Assembly: GCA_963843885.1 (NCBI GenBank)
Contig: CAWJMJ010000016.1
Location: 193,168 to 257,167 of the forward strand
Reading direction: 5' to 3'
Length of the DNA: 64,000 nucleotides
Source of the DNA: an uncultured Acidobacteriota bacterium
GTDB lineage: Bacteria; Acidobacteriota; Vicinamibacteria; Vicinamibacterales; UBA2999
In this document: in pieces, positions 1 through 11,067 of the stretch
Layout of the letters: every line of letters starts with the position of its first letter
How positions within the stretch are numbered: the first letter of the stretch is position 1
Program-made: the position numbers and the translations under genes
Notes under the pieces: generated by a model
Told to the model about the DNA's origin: nothing
Databases searched by the model: none
What the model saw: the letters and a program-made list of their open reading frames with translations, nothing else

Positions 1-1198
1 TCGAAGAAGCCGTCGCGGCCATCGCCGGCGGCGAGATGGTGATCGTCGTCGACGACGAGGACCGCGAGAACGAGGGCGACCTGACGATCGCCGCCGAGAA
101 GGTCACGCCGGCGGCGATCAACTTCATGGCGAAGCCACGGCCGCGGACTGATCTGCATGCCGATGACGGCCGACCGGCTCGACGAACTCGAGATTCCGCT
201 GAGGTGCCGGCCGGCCGCAACACCACGGCCTTCGACACCGCGTTCTGCGTGGCGATCGAGGCGCAAGCGCGGCGTCACCACCGGCATCTCGGCGGCCGAC
301 CGCGCGACCACCATCCTCGCCGCCATCGACGCCGCGACCAAGGCCTCGGACCTGGCGCGGCCCGGGCACATGCTTCCCGCTGCGGGCGCGCGACGGCGGC
401 GTGTTGGTGCGGGCCGGCCAGACCGAGGCCGCCATCGACCTGGCGCGCATCGCCGGGCTCTACCCGGCCGGTGTGATCTGCGAAATCGTGAACGGCCGAC
501 GGCACGCATGGCGCGGGTGCCCGACCTCGTGAAGTTCGCCCGCCGCCACCGCCTGCTGATGATCACCATCGCCGACCTCATCCGCTACCGGATGCGCCAT
601 CGAGCGGCTGGTCAAGCGCGTGGCCGAGGCGGAGCTGCCGACCGAGCACGGCCAGTTCCGGATCCACGCCTACGAGAGCCCGCTCGACAAGGAGACGCAT
701 GTGGCGCTGGTGTGCGGGGACATCGGCGAGGGCGACGACGTGCTCGTGCGGGTGCACTCCAAGTGCCTCACCGGCGACGTCTTCCACTCGGCCCGCTGCG
801 ACTGCGGCCTCCAGCTCGACGCGGCCATGCAGCGCATCGCCGCCGAGGGCCGGGGCGTGCTCCTCTACCTGAATCAGGAAGGGCGCGGCATCGGCCTGGT
901 CAACAAGATCCGGGCCTACGAACTGCAGGATCAGGGGCTGGACACCGTCGAGGCCAACGAGCGCCTGGGCTTCAAGGCCGACCAGCGCGATTACGGCATC
1001 GGCGCGCAGGTGCTGCGCGACCTGGGCATCCGCACCATGCGGCTGCTCACCAACAACCCGCGGAAATTCGTGGGCCTGCAGGGCTACGGCCTGTCGGTGG
1101 TGGCGACCGCTCCGCTCGAGATGGCGCCGTCCGATACCACCCGCCACTACCTCAAGACCAAGAAGGACAAGCTCGGACACCGGCTCACGAAGGTTTGA
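1..1198 (+). CDS. ribBA: bifunctional 3,4-dihydroxy-2-butanone-4-phosphate synthase / GTP cyclohydrolase II (5' end outside window; frame broken)
   Basis: DHBP synthase motif [32 protein letters not shown] (ORF 36..476). GTP cyclohydrolase II block [18 protein letters not shown]...NQEGRGIGL (ORF 620..1198). The pieces lie in different frames. Confidence 0.9.
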
Positions 1199-1262
1199 CT
1201 TCCTCAGAAGCTCAAGTAGAATAAAGGTTTGTGCCGAGTACCGCCCTGGCCTCACCTGAACC

Positions 1263-2629
1263 ATGTTCGACGCACTGAGCACCAGACTCCAAGACGTTTT
1301 CCAGTCGCTGAGCGGCGAGGTTCGCCTCACGCCGGAGACGACCGAGCGCGTCCTGCGCGAGATTCGCGTGGCCCTCTCGAGGCCGACGTCAACTTCCAGG
1401 TCGTCAAGGCGTTCGTCGATCGGGTGCGCGACAAGGCCAGCGATGCGGCCGTCCAGGCCAGCCTCAGCCCCAGTCCAGCAGGTCGTCAAGATCGTCCGCG
1501 ACGAGCTGCTCGGCCTGTTCGGCGACGCCGCCGGCGGACTGAGCGTCGGCGGGGCGGTGCCCACGCGTCATCCTGATGCTCGGCCTGCAGGGCTCGGGCA
1601 AGACCACGACCACCGGCAAGCTGGCCCTGATGGCTGGCCAAGCAGGGCCGGCATCCGGTGGTCGTCTCGACCGACGTGCGTCGCCCGGCCGCCATCGAGC
1701 AGCTCACCGTCGTCGGCAGCAAGGCGGGCGTGCGCGTCTACGATCCCGCCGGCGATCTGGACCCGGTGGCGCGCGCTCGCGGCGCGCTCGCCGAGGCCCG
1801 CGACACCGGGTGCGACGTCGTCATCGTCGACACCGCCGGCCGCCTGCACATCGACGACGAGCTCATGAACGAGCTGGTCGCCATCAAGGACGTGGTCGAG
1901 CCCGTCGGATCTGCTCTACGTCGCCGATGCGATGACCGGGCAGGACGCGATCAAGAGCGCGGGCGAGTTCAACCGGCAGATCGGCATCACCGGCGTCGTC
2001 CTGACGAAGATCGACGGCGATGCGCGCGGCGGCGCGGCGCTGTCGGTGGTTCGGCGTCGTCGGCGTGCCGATCGCCTTCGTCGGCGCGGCGAGCGGCTCG
2101 AGGATCTCGAGCCCTTCCACGCCGACCGGTTCGTCTCGCGCATGCTCGGCATGGGCGACGTGCTGTCGCTCATCGAGAAGGCCGAAGAGGTCATCGACAG
2201 GGCGACGCGGCCAAGCTCGAAGACAAGATCCGCAAGAACGACGTTCACCTCGGCGATTTCCGTGACCAGCTGCGGACCATCCGCAAGATGGGCCCGCTCG
2301 AGCACATCCTGAGGCTGCTGCCGGGCATGGGCGCGATGAAGGAGCTGGGCGCGCCAGAAGCCGGACGAGAAGCAGCTGCGGCGCGTCGAGGCGATCATCA
2401 ACTCGATGACCGCCGGAAGAGCGCGAGCACGCCGAGGTGATCGACGGCAGCCGGCGCAAGCGCATCGCCGACGGGCAGCGGCACGTCGGTCGAAGACGTG
2501 AACCGGCTGCTCAAGCAGTTCGCCGAGATGCGCAGGATGCTGAAGATGGTGGGGCAGATGACGGGCGAGACCGTGCCCGAGGCCCCCAAGAAGCGGAAGA
2601 AAAAAGGGCCGTTCAGCCTGATGCGCTAG
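1263..2629 (+). CDS. ffh: signal recognition particle protein Ffh (frame broken many times)
   Basis: SRP54 pieces are scattered over three frames: [94 protein letters not shown]. Stop TAG at 2627-2629. Confidence 0.9.
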
Positions 2630-2664
2630 CCGGATGTCCGGCTGGCTGGGACGAGGACATACTT

Positions 2665-2956
2665 ATGTTGTTTATTCGCATGCGCCGCACGGGGTCGAAG
2701 AAGCGCCCCCATTACCGGGTGGTCGTCTCCGAGCGGCGCGACGCCGCGCGAGGGCGGGTTCATCGAAATCCTCGGTTTCTACAACCCGCGCACCAAGCCG
2801 GCCGTGGTCGAAATCAACCGCGAGCGCATCGCGCATTGGATCTCGCAGGGCGCGCGTCCGTCGGATTCGGTGCGCACGCTGCTGGCCAAGCACCTGACGC
2901 GCGACCTGAGCCCGGCCCCGGCCGTCGAGGCCGCCGCGGCCGCGCCGCAGGCGTAG
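2665..2956 (+). CDS. rpsP: 30S ribosomal protein S16 (one frame break)
   Basis: MLFIRMRRTGSKKRPHYRVVVSE, then in another frame FYNPRTKPAVVEINRERIAHWISQGARPS. Conserved position after ffh. Confidence 0.9.
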
Positions 2957-2968
2957 GCGGAGCCAGAC

Positions 2969-3228
2969 GTGGCCGAGCTGAAATCGCTGGTGAGATCGTG
3001 GCCAGGGCGCTGGCCGACCAGCCGGACGCCGTGGAAGTGGTTCAGGAATCGAGCGGCGCGGCGGCACGGTGTTCGAGCTGCACGTGGCGGCCGGCGATCT
3101 CGGCCGGGTGATCGGACGCCAGGGCCGCACTGCCGCGGCGCTGCGCCAGTTGCTGGCGGCGGCGGCCGAAGACGATGGGCGGCAAGATCCAACCTCGACA
3201 TTCCGCGACTCCGTCCGGGCGGCGCTGA
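2969..3228 (+). CDS. KH-domain RNA-binding protein (UPF0109 family); 3' end uncertain
   Basis: VFELHVAAGDLGRVIGRQGRTAAALRQLL contains the KH GXXG motif. It sits between rpsP and rimM as in the conserved operon. The frame is broken. Confidence 0.7.
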
Positions 3229-3253
3229 GCCGTCGGCGGCCACCTGGGACGAG

Positions 3254-3805
3254 ATGTTGCTCGTCGGCGTCGTGGCGCGGACGCGCGGCACCAAGGGGGA
3301 AGTGATCGTCAACGCGACGACCGACTTCCCGGAAGACACGGTTTCGCGGAGGGCGCCACCGTTGGGGGCGCGCGGTAGCGGGCGGCGCCATCGAGGCGCT
3401 CACGGTGGCCCAGTTCCGGATGCATCAGGAGCGGCCGGTCGTGCGGTTCGAAGGGGTGACCGACATGACCGGCGCGGAACGTTTCGCCGGCTGGAGTTGC
3501 GGGTGCCGGGAGCGGCCGCGCAGGAGCTGCCGGAGCACGTCTATTACCATCACCAGCTGGTGGGGTGCGAGGTGCGCACGGCCGACGGCGCGTGGTCGGC
3601 ACGGTGAACCGGGTCGACGGCGAGGGCCAGTCGGTGCGGCTGGTCGTCACGGCGCCGCGGGGCGAAGTGTCGATGCCGCTTCGTGCAGGCGATCTGCGCG
3701 GTCGACCTGGCGGCGCGGCGCATCATGGTGACGCCGCCGGAGGGGCTGCTGGACGTCAACGGGGCGTGGCAGGCGAAGCGGACACAGGGGCGGGAGGCGG
3801 CGTGA
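3254..3805 (+). CDS. rimM: 16S rRNA processing protein RimM (frame broken)
   Basis: [65 protein letters not shown]. The stop overlaps the trmD GTG (GTGA at 3802-3805). Confidence 0.8.
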
Positions 3806-4512
3806 ACTTCGACATCGTCACGATCTTCCCGAGGATGGTGGAAGCCGGTCTCGCCGAAGGCGTGGTGGGACGGGCCAGGACGAGCGGGATTGCTGGACAT
3901 CGTCGTTCACGACTTGCGCGACTTTCACGACCGACAAGCATCACGTCGTCGACGACGTGCCGTTTGGCGGCGGGCCCGGGATGGTGATGAAGGCCGAGCC
4001 GTTGTTCCGGCGGTCGAGGCGATCGAGGCAGCGCGCGGGACGCCGGGCGGTGGTGTATCATGACGCCGGCGGGCCGGCGTTTCACCAGGCGGCGCGCGGT
4101 CCGGCTGGCAGGCACGGGACACGTGTCCTGGCTGTGCGGCCGCTACGAAGGCATCGACGAGCGGGTGCGGGAGGCGGTCGGCGCCGAAGAGATGGTCGAT
4201 TGGCGACTACGTGCTCAGCGGCGGCGAAGTTGCCGGCGCTGGTCGATGCTCGACGCGGTGGCGCGACTGGTGCCGGGCGTCGTCGGGATGCGCGGTCGGT
4301 GAGCGAGGATTCGTTCTCGGCCGGGTGGCTGGATTACCCGCACTACACACGGCCGGCCGTGTGGCGGGGGCGGGACGTCCCGCCGGTGCTGCATCTCGGG
4401 GCACCACGGGGCGATTCGGCATGGCGGCGGGAGTCGGCCAAGGCGCGCACACGCGCGCGACGGCCCGACCTGATGCCGCGGCGTCACGACAGGCGACGAA
4501 GGGAGCGGCTAG
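3802..4512 (+). CDS. trmD: tRNA (guanine37-N1)-methyltransferase (frame broken)
   Basis: [81 protein letters not shown]. Confidence 0.88.
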
Positions 4513-4515
4513 AAC

Positions 4516-4869
4516 GATGGACGCAGATTCAGATGTTGGAAGAGAAGCAGACGATCGCACGGCCCGCCATGCAGGCCGGGGACACCGTCAAGGTGCACGT
4601 GCGCGTCAAGGAAGGCGACAAGGAACGGGTCCAGATCTTCGAGGGCATCGTCATCGCCATGCGCCGCGGCGGCACGCGCGCCTCGTTCACCGTGCGCAAG
4701 GTGTCGTTCGGCCAGGGCGTCGAGCGCATCTTCCCGCTGCACTCGCCGGTCATCCAGAAGATCGACGTCCTCCGCTCGGCCAAGGTCCGCCGCGCCAAGC
4801 TGTATCTACCTGCGCGACCTCAAGGGCAAGGCCGCCCGCATGAAGGAAGTCCGCAAGGCCCACGCCTAG
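4516..4869 (+). CDS. rplS: 50S ribosomal protein L19 (frame break near both ends; start 4516 or 4533)
   Basis: [64 protein letters not shown]. The C-terminal [13 protein letters not shown] lies in another frame. Confidence 0.9.
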   Translation, partial: DGRRFRCWKRSRRSHGPPCRPGTPSRCTCASRKATRNGSRSSRASSSPCAAAARAPRSPCARCRSARASSASSRCTRRSSRRSTSSARPRSAAPSCIYLRDLKGKAARMKEVRKAHA

Positions 4870-4892
4870 CGGTCGGCGGTGCGCCAGGGGCC

Positions 4893-5516
4893 ATGTCGAA
4901 AGCCCGTGCCCGGCGCACGACCGAGAATCTCTACCGGCGCTACGGCTTCGGCCTGATCGCCGGAGTGGACGAGGTGGGACGCGGCTGTCTGGCCGGTCCC
5001 GTCCTTGCCTGCGCCGTCGTCCTCGATCCCGCCCGCCACATCCCCGGCCTGGCCGACTCGAAACTGCTCACGCCTGCCGTCCGCGAGCGTCTCCACGACG
5101 TCATCTGCGGGCGCGCCGTGGCGTGGGCCGTCGGCGTTGCAGAACCAGCCGAGATCGACCGATATAACATCCATCGGGCGTCGCTGCGCGCGATGGTCCG
5201 GGCCGTAGCCGGGTTGACGCCGCAGCCCGACCTGGTGCTGGTCGACGCGTTTCGGCTCGACGGTCTGCGGATGGCGCAGCGCGCGGTCACCGGCGGCGAC
5301 CGCCAGTGCTCGGCCATCGCCGCGGCGTCGATCGTGGCCAAAGTGATCCGCGATCGGATCATGGGCGAGCTGCATCGGGCCGACGGGCGGTACGGCTACG
5401 GGCGGCACAAGGGCTACGCCACGGCGGAGCACCTGGCCGCGGTGGCCCGGCATGGATACTCGGAGGCGCACCGCCGGTCGTTCAAGCCGGCCGCGCTGTT
5501 TGAAACTCTGGACTGA
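4893..5516 (+). CDS. rnhB: ribonuclease HII
   Basis: Intact reading frame. [42 protein letters not shown]. Confidence 0.9.
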   Translation: MSKARARRTTENLYRRYGFGLIAGVDEVGRGCLAGPVLACAVVLDPARHIPGLADSKLLTPAVRERLHDVICGRAVAWAVGVAEPAEIDRYNIHRASLRAMVRAVAGLTPQPDLVLVDAFRLDGLRMAQRAVTGGDRQCSAIAAASIVAKVIRDRIMGELHRADGRYGYGRHKGYATAEHLAAVARHGYSEAHRRSFKPAALFETLD

Positions 5517-5528
5517 GGGTCGACGAAC

Positions 5529-7502
5529 GTGGCGCCATTCGATCGCGACGGAGCTCTGAAGCGGGCCGAGAAGGCGCTACGGCTGGGCCGCGTCGACCAG
5601 GCCATCCAGGAGTATCAGCAGCTCGTGGCGGCGCAGCCCCGCGACTGGAACAGCGCCAACGCGCTCGGCGACCTGTTCGTCCGTGCCGGGCAGCTCGACA
5701 AGGGCGTCGAGCAGTACACGCGCATCGCCGACCATCTGGCCGAAGAGGGCTTCTATCCGAAAGCCGCCGCCCTCTTCAAGAAGATCATCAAGGTCAAGCC
5801 GCTCGAAGAGTACGCGCACATCCGCGCCGGCGACGTGGCCGCGCAGCAGGGCCTGCTGGCCGATGCCAAGGCCGCCTACCAGTCCGTCGGCGAACGCCGC
5901 CGCAAGATGGGCAACATCCGCGGCGCCGCCGAGATGGCCGTGCGCCTTGGCATGGTCGACCCCGAGGACTTCGCCGCGCGCTTCGTCGCGGCCAAGGCGG
6001 CGCGCGATCTGGGCGACACCGCCGCCGCCATCCGCGAGTTCCGCGCCGTGGCCGAGTGGTTCACGACGGAGGAGCGCATCGACGAGGCGCGGTCGGCCTA
6101 TCGCGACCTGCTCGAGCTCGACCCGACCGACGATGTCGCGCGCGGCCACGTCCTCGACGCCGACATCGCCAGCGGCGATTTTTCGCGCGCCCTGGCCTGG
6201 GCCTCGTCGCCCGCGGAACTCCGCCAGCTCGCCACCGCGCTCGAAGGCGCCGGCCAGCACGCCGAAGCGCTGGCCGTGTTCGGCCGCGTCGCCGACCTGG
6301 ACCCCGGCGACGTCGACGCGCGCGTCACCCTCGTGCGCGCGCACCTGGCCAACGGCGACCTCGGCACCGCCCGCCGCTACTTCACGCCCGAGGTCGTCGC
6401 GCACGATCCCACGCTGTGGATGGCCGTGGCCGAGGCCGAGCTCGCCCAGGGCCACCTCGACGAAGGCCGCGCCGCCGTGGCCAGCGCGCTGGCGGCCGAC
6501 CGGTCGCTGCGCGAATCCGCCATCGCCATGGCGTGCCGTCTGGCCGAGGTCGACGCCGACCGCGCCTATCCGGGCATCGAGGCGGTGGCCGACGCGGCCG
6601 TGGCCGACGGCGATTTCGCGGCGGCGGCGGCCGCCCTGCACGAGTTCGTCACGCGCGTGCGGCGTCATATCGTCGCGTTGATGCGGCTGGTCGAAATCTG
6701 CGTCGACGGCGGTCTCGAGGCCACGATGTACTCGGCCCAGGCCCAGCTGGCCGACGCCTATCTCGACGCCGGCCGCGGCCTCGAAGCGCGCATCATCAGC
6801 GAAGACCTGGTGGCCCGCGAGCCCTGGGACACGGCCAATCTGGCGCGCTTCCGGCGCGCGCTCGAGATGCTGGGCGAGCCCGACCCCGACGCCGTCATCG
6901 CCGATCGGCTGAGCGGCGACAGCCCGTTCATGGCCACCGACAAGATGGACCTCAACGAGGGCTTCAGCTTCGACGACCCGGTGGACCTCCCCGAGCCGGT
7001 CCCGGCCGACGTGGTCGAGGTCGATCTGATGGAGGCGTTCCGGTCGGACGACGGCGACGCCGGCAAGGCCAAGGGGCAAGTCCGTCGGCGAGCCGGCGGC
7101 CGACCCGCCCGGCCCTCGGACGACGGTCTGGCGGCCGAGCAGCTCCGGCTCGGCTTGACCTACCGGGACATGGGCATGCTCGACGACGCCGTCGTTTCGC
7201 TTGAACTGGCGGCGCGTTCCTCGCGCCAGCGTTTCGAAGCGGCCTCGACACTCGGCCGGCTGCTGGTCGAACGCCAGAATCGCGCCGGCGCGCTGGCCTG
7301 GTTCGAGCGCGCCGCCGAAGCCCCGGCGCCCTCGGTCGATGCCGGCCGCGCCCTCCTGTATGATCTAGCCGACGTGCTCGAAGACCTCGGTGAGAACGGC
7401 CGCGCCCTGGCGGTGTTCGGCGAACTCGACGCCGATGCCGGCGGCTACCGCGACGTGCCGGCCCGGATCGCACGGCTCAGCCGCGCCCAGGTCCGGGGAT
7501 AG
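5529..7502 (+). CDS. TPR-repeat protein, 657 aa, function unknown
   Basis: Intact long ORF with coding-like codon bias. Repeated TPR-like helices, e.g. ALGDLFVRAGQLDKGVEQYTRIADHLAEEGFYPKAAALFKKIIKVKP. Confidence 0.7.
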   Translation: MAPFDRDGALKRAEKALRLGRVDQAIQEYQQLVAAQPRDWNSANALGDLFVRAGQLDKGVEQYTRIADHLAEEGFYPKAAALFKKIIKVKPLEEYAHIRAGDVAAQQGLLADAKAAYQSVGERRRKMGNIRGAAEMAVRLGMVDPEDFAARFVAAKAARDLGDTAAAIREFRAVAEWFTTEERIDEARSAYRDLLELDPTDDVARGHVLDADIASGDFSRALAWASSPAELRQLATALEGAGQHAEALAVFGRVADLDPGDVDARVTLVRAHLANGDLGTARRYFTPEVVAHDPTLWMAVAEAELAQGHLDEGRAAVASALAADRSLRESAIAMACRLAEVDADRAYPGIEAVADAAVADGDFAAAAAALHEFVTRVRRHIVALMRLVEICVDGGLEATMYSAQAQLADAYLDAGRGLEARIISEDLVAREPWDTANLARFRRALEMLGEPDPDAVIADRLSGDSPFMATDKMDLNEGFSFDDPVDLPEPVPADVVEVDLMEAFRSDDGDAGKAKGQVRRRAGGRPARPSDDGLAAEQLRLGLTYRDMGMLDDAVVSLELAARSSRQRFEAASTLGRLLVERQNRAGALAWFERAAEAPAPSVDAGRALLYDLADVLEDLGENGRALAVFGELDADAGGYRDVPARIARLSRAQVRG

Positions 7503-7509
7503 GCGCGGC

Positions 7510-7740
7510 GTGCGCCGCCTCCTGATCATCGCCCTGCTCATCGAGCTGGGGCTGCTGCTGATCGTCATCCCGTGGTCGGCCTACTGGGAGCGCAACTACT
7601 TCGCCCAGGTGTCGCCGGCCGTCAACGCCGTCGTCACCAACAACTACATCCGCGGCGCCATCACCGGACTCGGGACGGTCAATCTCTTCGCCGCCCTGGC
7701 CGATCTGGCCATGCTGGTGCGCCGCCGCACCACGTCGTGA
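7510..7740 (+). CDS. small membrane protein, function unknown
   Basis: GTG start 8 nt after the TPR gene stop. VRRLLIIALLIELGLLLIVIPWSAYWERNYF and a second hydrophobic segment. The stop overlaps the next gene's start (GTGA). Confidence 0.5.
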   Translation: MRRLLIIALLIELGLLLIVIPWSAYWERNYFAQVSPAVNAVVTNNYIRGAITGLGTVNLFAALADLAMLVRRRTTS

Positions 7741-8447
7741 GTCCCGGCCCGCCGCCCGCGCGCCTGCCGCGCCCGCGCGTCGGCCTCGTGAGCGACCGGC
7801 ATCGCCTGTGCGCGGCGGCCGGCTACCCGCTGTCGGCCGCCACCGCCCTGCTCGCCGCGCAGGTCGAGGCCGCCGGGGCGTGCGGGGTCGAGTTCTTCCA
7901 GGTCCGCGAACCCGATCTCGGCGGCGCGGCGCTGCTGGCGCTGACGCGCGAGCTGCTCGCCGTGTCGCGCGGACGCGTGCGCGTGGTGGTGAACGACCGC
8001 GCCGACGTGGCCGCCCTGGCCGGGGCGGACCTGCATCTCAAGGGCGGCTCGTTGCCGCTGGCCCGGATCCGTTCCTGGCTGCCGCCGCACACGTGGGTGT
8101 CGAGGGCCGTGCACGACCCGGCCGAACTGCCCGGCGCCGCCGGCGCCGACGCGCTCATCGCCGGCACGGTGCGACGGACCGTGTCGAAACCGGGGGCGAC
8201 GCGCTGGCTCGGCGTGGACGGCCTGGCGCGGCTCGCCCGCGCCACGGCGCAACCGGTGTTTGCGATCGGCGGGGTGACCGCGGCCGACTGGCCGGCGCTG
8301 GCTGGCGCCGGTGCGGCCGGGCTCGCGGCCATCGGCTGGATGCTGCCGCGACCCGGCGAAGATGCCGGCACGGCCGTGGCTCGCGCGATGTCCGACATCG
8401 AGGCGGTGATGGCCGCGAGCGGCCCGCCTCATGGGTTAACATCGTGA
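7737..8447 (+). CDS. thiamine-phosphate synthase family protein (ThiE/TenI-like, divergent copy)
   Basis: VEFFQVREPDL, VVVNDRADVAALAGADLHLKGG, GADALIAGTVRRTVSKPG, PVFAIGGVT follow the ThiE motif order. Confidence 0.6.
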   Translation: MSPGPPPARLPRPRVGLVSDRHRLCAAAGYPLSAATALLAAQVEAAGACGVEFFQVREPDLGGAALLALTRELLAVSRGRVRVVVNDRADVAALAGADLHLKGGSLPLARIRSWLPPHTWVSRAVHDPAELPGAAGADALIAGTVRRTVSKPGATRWLGVDGLARLARATAQPVFAIGGVTAADWPALAGAGAAGLAAIGWMLPRPGEDAGTAVARAMSDIEAVMAASGPPHGLTS

Positions 8448-8487
8448 GTTCTTGCAGTCGGTCGTGGTGGAGAAGCGCAGGTGACGG

Positions 8488-8976
8488 GTGGTAGTGGAAT
8501 CGACTGACGATCTCGGGCTCGCGCTCCGGGCCAAACGCGAGGCGGCGGGGCGCTCGCTGCGCGACGTGGCCGACGTCACCAAGCTGGGCGTCCGGACGCT
8601 CGACGCGCTCGAGCGCAACCAGGTGGAACGTCTGCCCCCGGGAATCTTCCGCCGTTCGGTCGTGCGCGCCTATGCCAAGGAGATCGGGCTCGATCCCGAA
8701 GCCACGTTGCTGGCCTTCCTGGAACGCCACCCCGACAACCTGCCGCCGCCCGGCCGTCCATCCGGGCCGGTCGCGGATGTGCCGCTGCGCATGACGGGCA
8801 CCTCGGACATCTCGCCGTGGCTGGTCATCGGGCTGGTGCTGGCGGTGGTCGTGCTGTTGGGCGTGGTGGTGCTGCAGTGGTCGCAGCGCCCCACCGGCGT
8901 GACCCCGGGCGCCGGCGATCAGCGTCGTGGCGGGCTGACGTCCGGCGCCGCCGTTTCGCCGCCAGGGAGCCGGTAA
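8488..8976 (+). CDS. helix-turn-helix protein with one TM segment (RodZ-like)
   Basis: LGLALRAKREAAGRSLRDVADVTKLGVRTLDALERNQVERLP (HTH), followed by the TM segment ISPWLVIGLVLAVVVLLGVVVL. Confidence 0.6.
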   Translation: MVVESTDDLGLALRAKREAAGRSLRDVADVTKLGVRTLDALERNQVERLPPGIFRRSVVRAYAKEIGLDPEATLLAFLERHPDNLPPPGRPSGPVADVPLRMTGTSDISPWLVIGLVLAVVVLLGVVVLQWSQRPTGVTPGAGDQRRGGLTSGAAVSPPGSR

Positions 8977-9764
8977 TGGACGTCGGGCTGCGCACGCCTC
9001 TCGTCGAGGCGTTCCGGCGCGCCGATGTGCCCAAGGATCTGAAGCTGGACGCCGCCGCCGGCCTGGTGGCGCCGCGTGCCCTGGAGCAACTGGCGCTGTT
9101 TGCCATGCTCGTCGACGACGCCGACGCCGACGTGCGTGGCAAGGCCGAACGCACGCTGTCGCTGATTGCGCCGGCAGCCATTGCCGCCGTGCTGGCGCGC
9201 GCCGACGCGCCCGCCGACCTGATCCGGTTCTTCGACGCCCGCGGGATCGTCGCGGCGGCAGGCCCCCCCGACGCTGACACCGACGCGCCGCTCGTCGAGA
9301 CGCCGCTCGAGGTCGTCGAGCCGTCGGCCGGCGCCGGTGGCGGCCCGGCCGACACCATGTCGATGACCCAGCAGATTCAGAACATGGGCATCGTCGATCG
9401 CGTCCGCGTCGCCATGAAGGGCTCGCGCGAGGCGCGCGCCATGCTGATCCGCGATCCCAACCGGATGGTGGCCGCGGCGGTGTTGTCGTCGCCCAAGCTG
9501 ACCATGGCCGAAGTCGAGAGCTTCGCCAAGATGGCCAACGTGTCGGACGACACGCTGCGGGCCATCGCGCAGAATCGCGCGTGGGTCAAGAATTACGGGA
9601 TCGCGCACGGCCTCGTGAAGAATCCCCGGACGCCGGTCGCCATGTCGCTGAATCTGATGCAGCGGCTGGTCGATCGCGACGTGCGCGCGCTCGCCGTCGA
9701 CCGCAACGTGCCGGAACCGCTCCGGCTGGCCGCCCGCAAGCGCATGGTCAAGGCGACCAGTTAG
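8976..9764 (+). CDS. conserved hypothetical protein with helical (HEAT/LRV-like) repeats
   Basis: Intact ORF starting at ATG 8976. Repeated NP.TP....L motifs (LVKNPRTPVAMSLNLMQRL, VLSSPKLTMAEVESF). Confidence 0.5.
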   Translation: MDVGLRTPLVEAFRRADVPKDLKLDAAAGLVAPRALEQLALFAMLVDDADADVRGKAERTLSLIAPAAIAAVLARADAPADLIRFFDARGIVAAAGPPDADTDAPLVETPLEVVEPSAGAGGGPADTMSMTQQIQNMGIVDRVRVAMKGSREARAMLIRDPNRMVAAAVLSSPKLTMAEVESFAKMANVSDDTLRAIAQNRAWVKNYGIAHGLVKNPRTPVAMSLNLMQRLVDRDVRALAVDRNVPEPLRLAARKRMVKATS

Positions 9765-10051
9765 CCGCGGACACCCTTGGCGCGCCGGCGGAGACCGGCG
9801 CCGCCCGGCGTCATGGGCTGGTCCTCGGCGGCGCGCGGCCGGGCGCCCTTGCCGCTGACCCCCCATTCGGCGCGCATCTGCGCCAGGCCGTCCATGTAGA
9901 CGGCGACGCGCTCGCGCGCCTCGTCGGACTCGAGCGAGATGAGCAGGCCGATGGCGCGCTCCAGGTCGGCGGCAATGGTCGCCTTGGTGGCAGAGAAGTA
10001 GAGCTGTTTGATCTCGTCGGCGGGGTCGCGGGCGTCTGGCATGTCAGGCAT
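9761..10051 (-). CDS. hypothetical protein, 96 aa
   Basis: ORF whose start overlaps the stop of the GHMP kinase gene by 8 nt (same strand, so the two are probably co-translated). No recognisable motif. Confidence 0.4.
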   Translation of the reverse strand: MPDMPDARDPADEIKQLYFSATKATIAADLERAIGLLISLESDEARERVAVYMDGLAQMRAEWGVSGKGARPRAAEDQPMTPGGAGLRRRAKGVRG

Positions 10052-11042
10052 CCTCGGTCACGACGACGCCCGTCGATTCGACCACGGCGTCGAGCACGGC
10101 CGCGCCGGCGCTGGCCCAGGCCTGACGCACGCGCGCCGCTGCCTCGGGCGGGGCGAGCGCGAACACGCAGCCGCCGCCGCCCGCCCCGCACACCTTCCCG
10201 GACCAGGCGCCGGCAGTCAGGGCGGCGTCGAGCAGCGCGTCGATTTCCGGCGTGGTGACGCCTGGCGCCAGCAGTTTGCGGGTGCGCCACTCATCGGCCA
10301 GGGCGGCACCGGCCGCGCCCCAGTCGCTGGCCTCGAGGGCGGCGCGCATCCGCCCGGTGGCGGCGACGATGGCGTCGAAGCAGTCGATCACCTGCGGGTC
10401 GCCGTCGATGCGGCGCTTGGTGATCTCCCAGTTGTTGATGCCGGACTGGCGCGGGGCGCCGGTGTAGCAAACGATCAGCCGCGCCGACAGGGCGGCGGGA
10501 TCGAGCGACAGCGGCACCCGCCGCACGCGCGCCACGTCGAGTTCGACGGCGGCCACCCCGCCAAAGAGCGCGGGCCGGTAGTCCTGCACGCCGGTCGGCA
10601 CCCCGATGACCTGGGCCTCGACGTTCTTGGCGATCTCGAGGATCGCGTCGTCGTCGCCGGCCCGCCCGGTCCAGTAGTTCAAGGCTGCGGTGACGGCGAT
10701 GTTCAGCGCCGATGATCCGGCGATGCCGGCCCCGGCCGGCGCCTCGCTGTCGGTCGTGATGGTCACGCCGCGAACGCCGAAGGCGTGCGCCAGCCTGGCC
10801 AGGAGCGGCAGAGTGGCGCAGGTCGGCAGCTCGTCGTAGCCGAGCGGCGCAGTGCCGACGCCGAGATCGCGCGAGGTGAGGACGATGCGGTCGTCGTGGC
10901 GCGGTTCGAGCCGCACGCGGGCGCGCAGGCTGATTGCGGCGTTGAGGGTCTGCGCACCGGGATGGAACAGGTAGAGCGGCCAGATGTCGATCGTGCCGCC
11001 GGCAAGATCGACTCGCGTCGGGGCCGAGGCGGTTACGGTCAC
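10044..11042 (-). CDS. GHMP-family sugar kinase (HddA/fucokinase-like)
   Basis: Intact 332-aa ORF. RVDLAGGTIDIWPLY and the GHMP motif PAGAGIAGSSALNIAV. Confidence 0.75.
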   Translation of the reverse strand: MTVTASAPTRVDLAGGTIDIWPLYLFHPGAQTLNAAISLRARVRLEPRHDDRIVLTSRDLGVGTAPLGYDELPTCATLPLLARLAHAFGVRGVTITTDSEAPAGAGIAGSSALNIAVTAALNYWTGRAGDDDAILEIAKNVEAQVIGVPTGVQDYRPALFGGVAAVELDVARVRRVPLSLDPAALSARLIVCYTGAPRQSGINNWEITKRRIDGDPQVIDCFDAIVAATGRMRAALEASDWGAAGAALADEWRTRKLLAPGVTTPEIDALLDAALTAGAWSGKVCGAGGGGCVFALAPPEAAARVRQAWASAGAAVLDAVVESTGVVVTEDA

Positions 11043-11050
11043 GGCGGAAT

Positions 11051-11056
11051 TATAAT
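11051..11056 (+). promoter_or_regulatory. candidate -10 box (TATAAT) 11 nt upstream of the nagZ ATG
   Basis: TATAAT-GCTGCTACCCA-ATG with no Shine-Dalgarno sequence. Confidence 0.4.
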
Positions 11057-11067
11057 GCTGCTACCCA

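Noticed and set aside
5577-7079. 500-aa ORF on the minus strand
   Set aside because: It is antisense to the intact TPR gene and has the same GC-artefact composition, with no recognisable motif.
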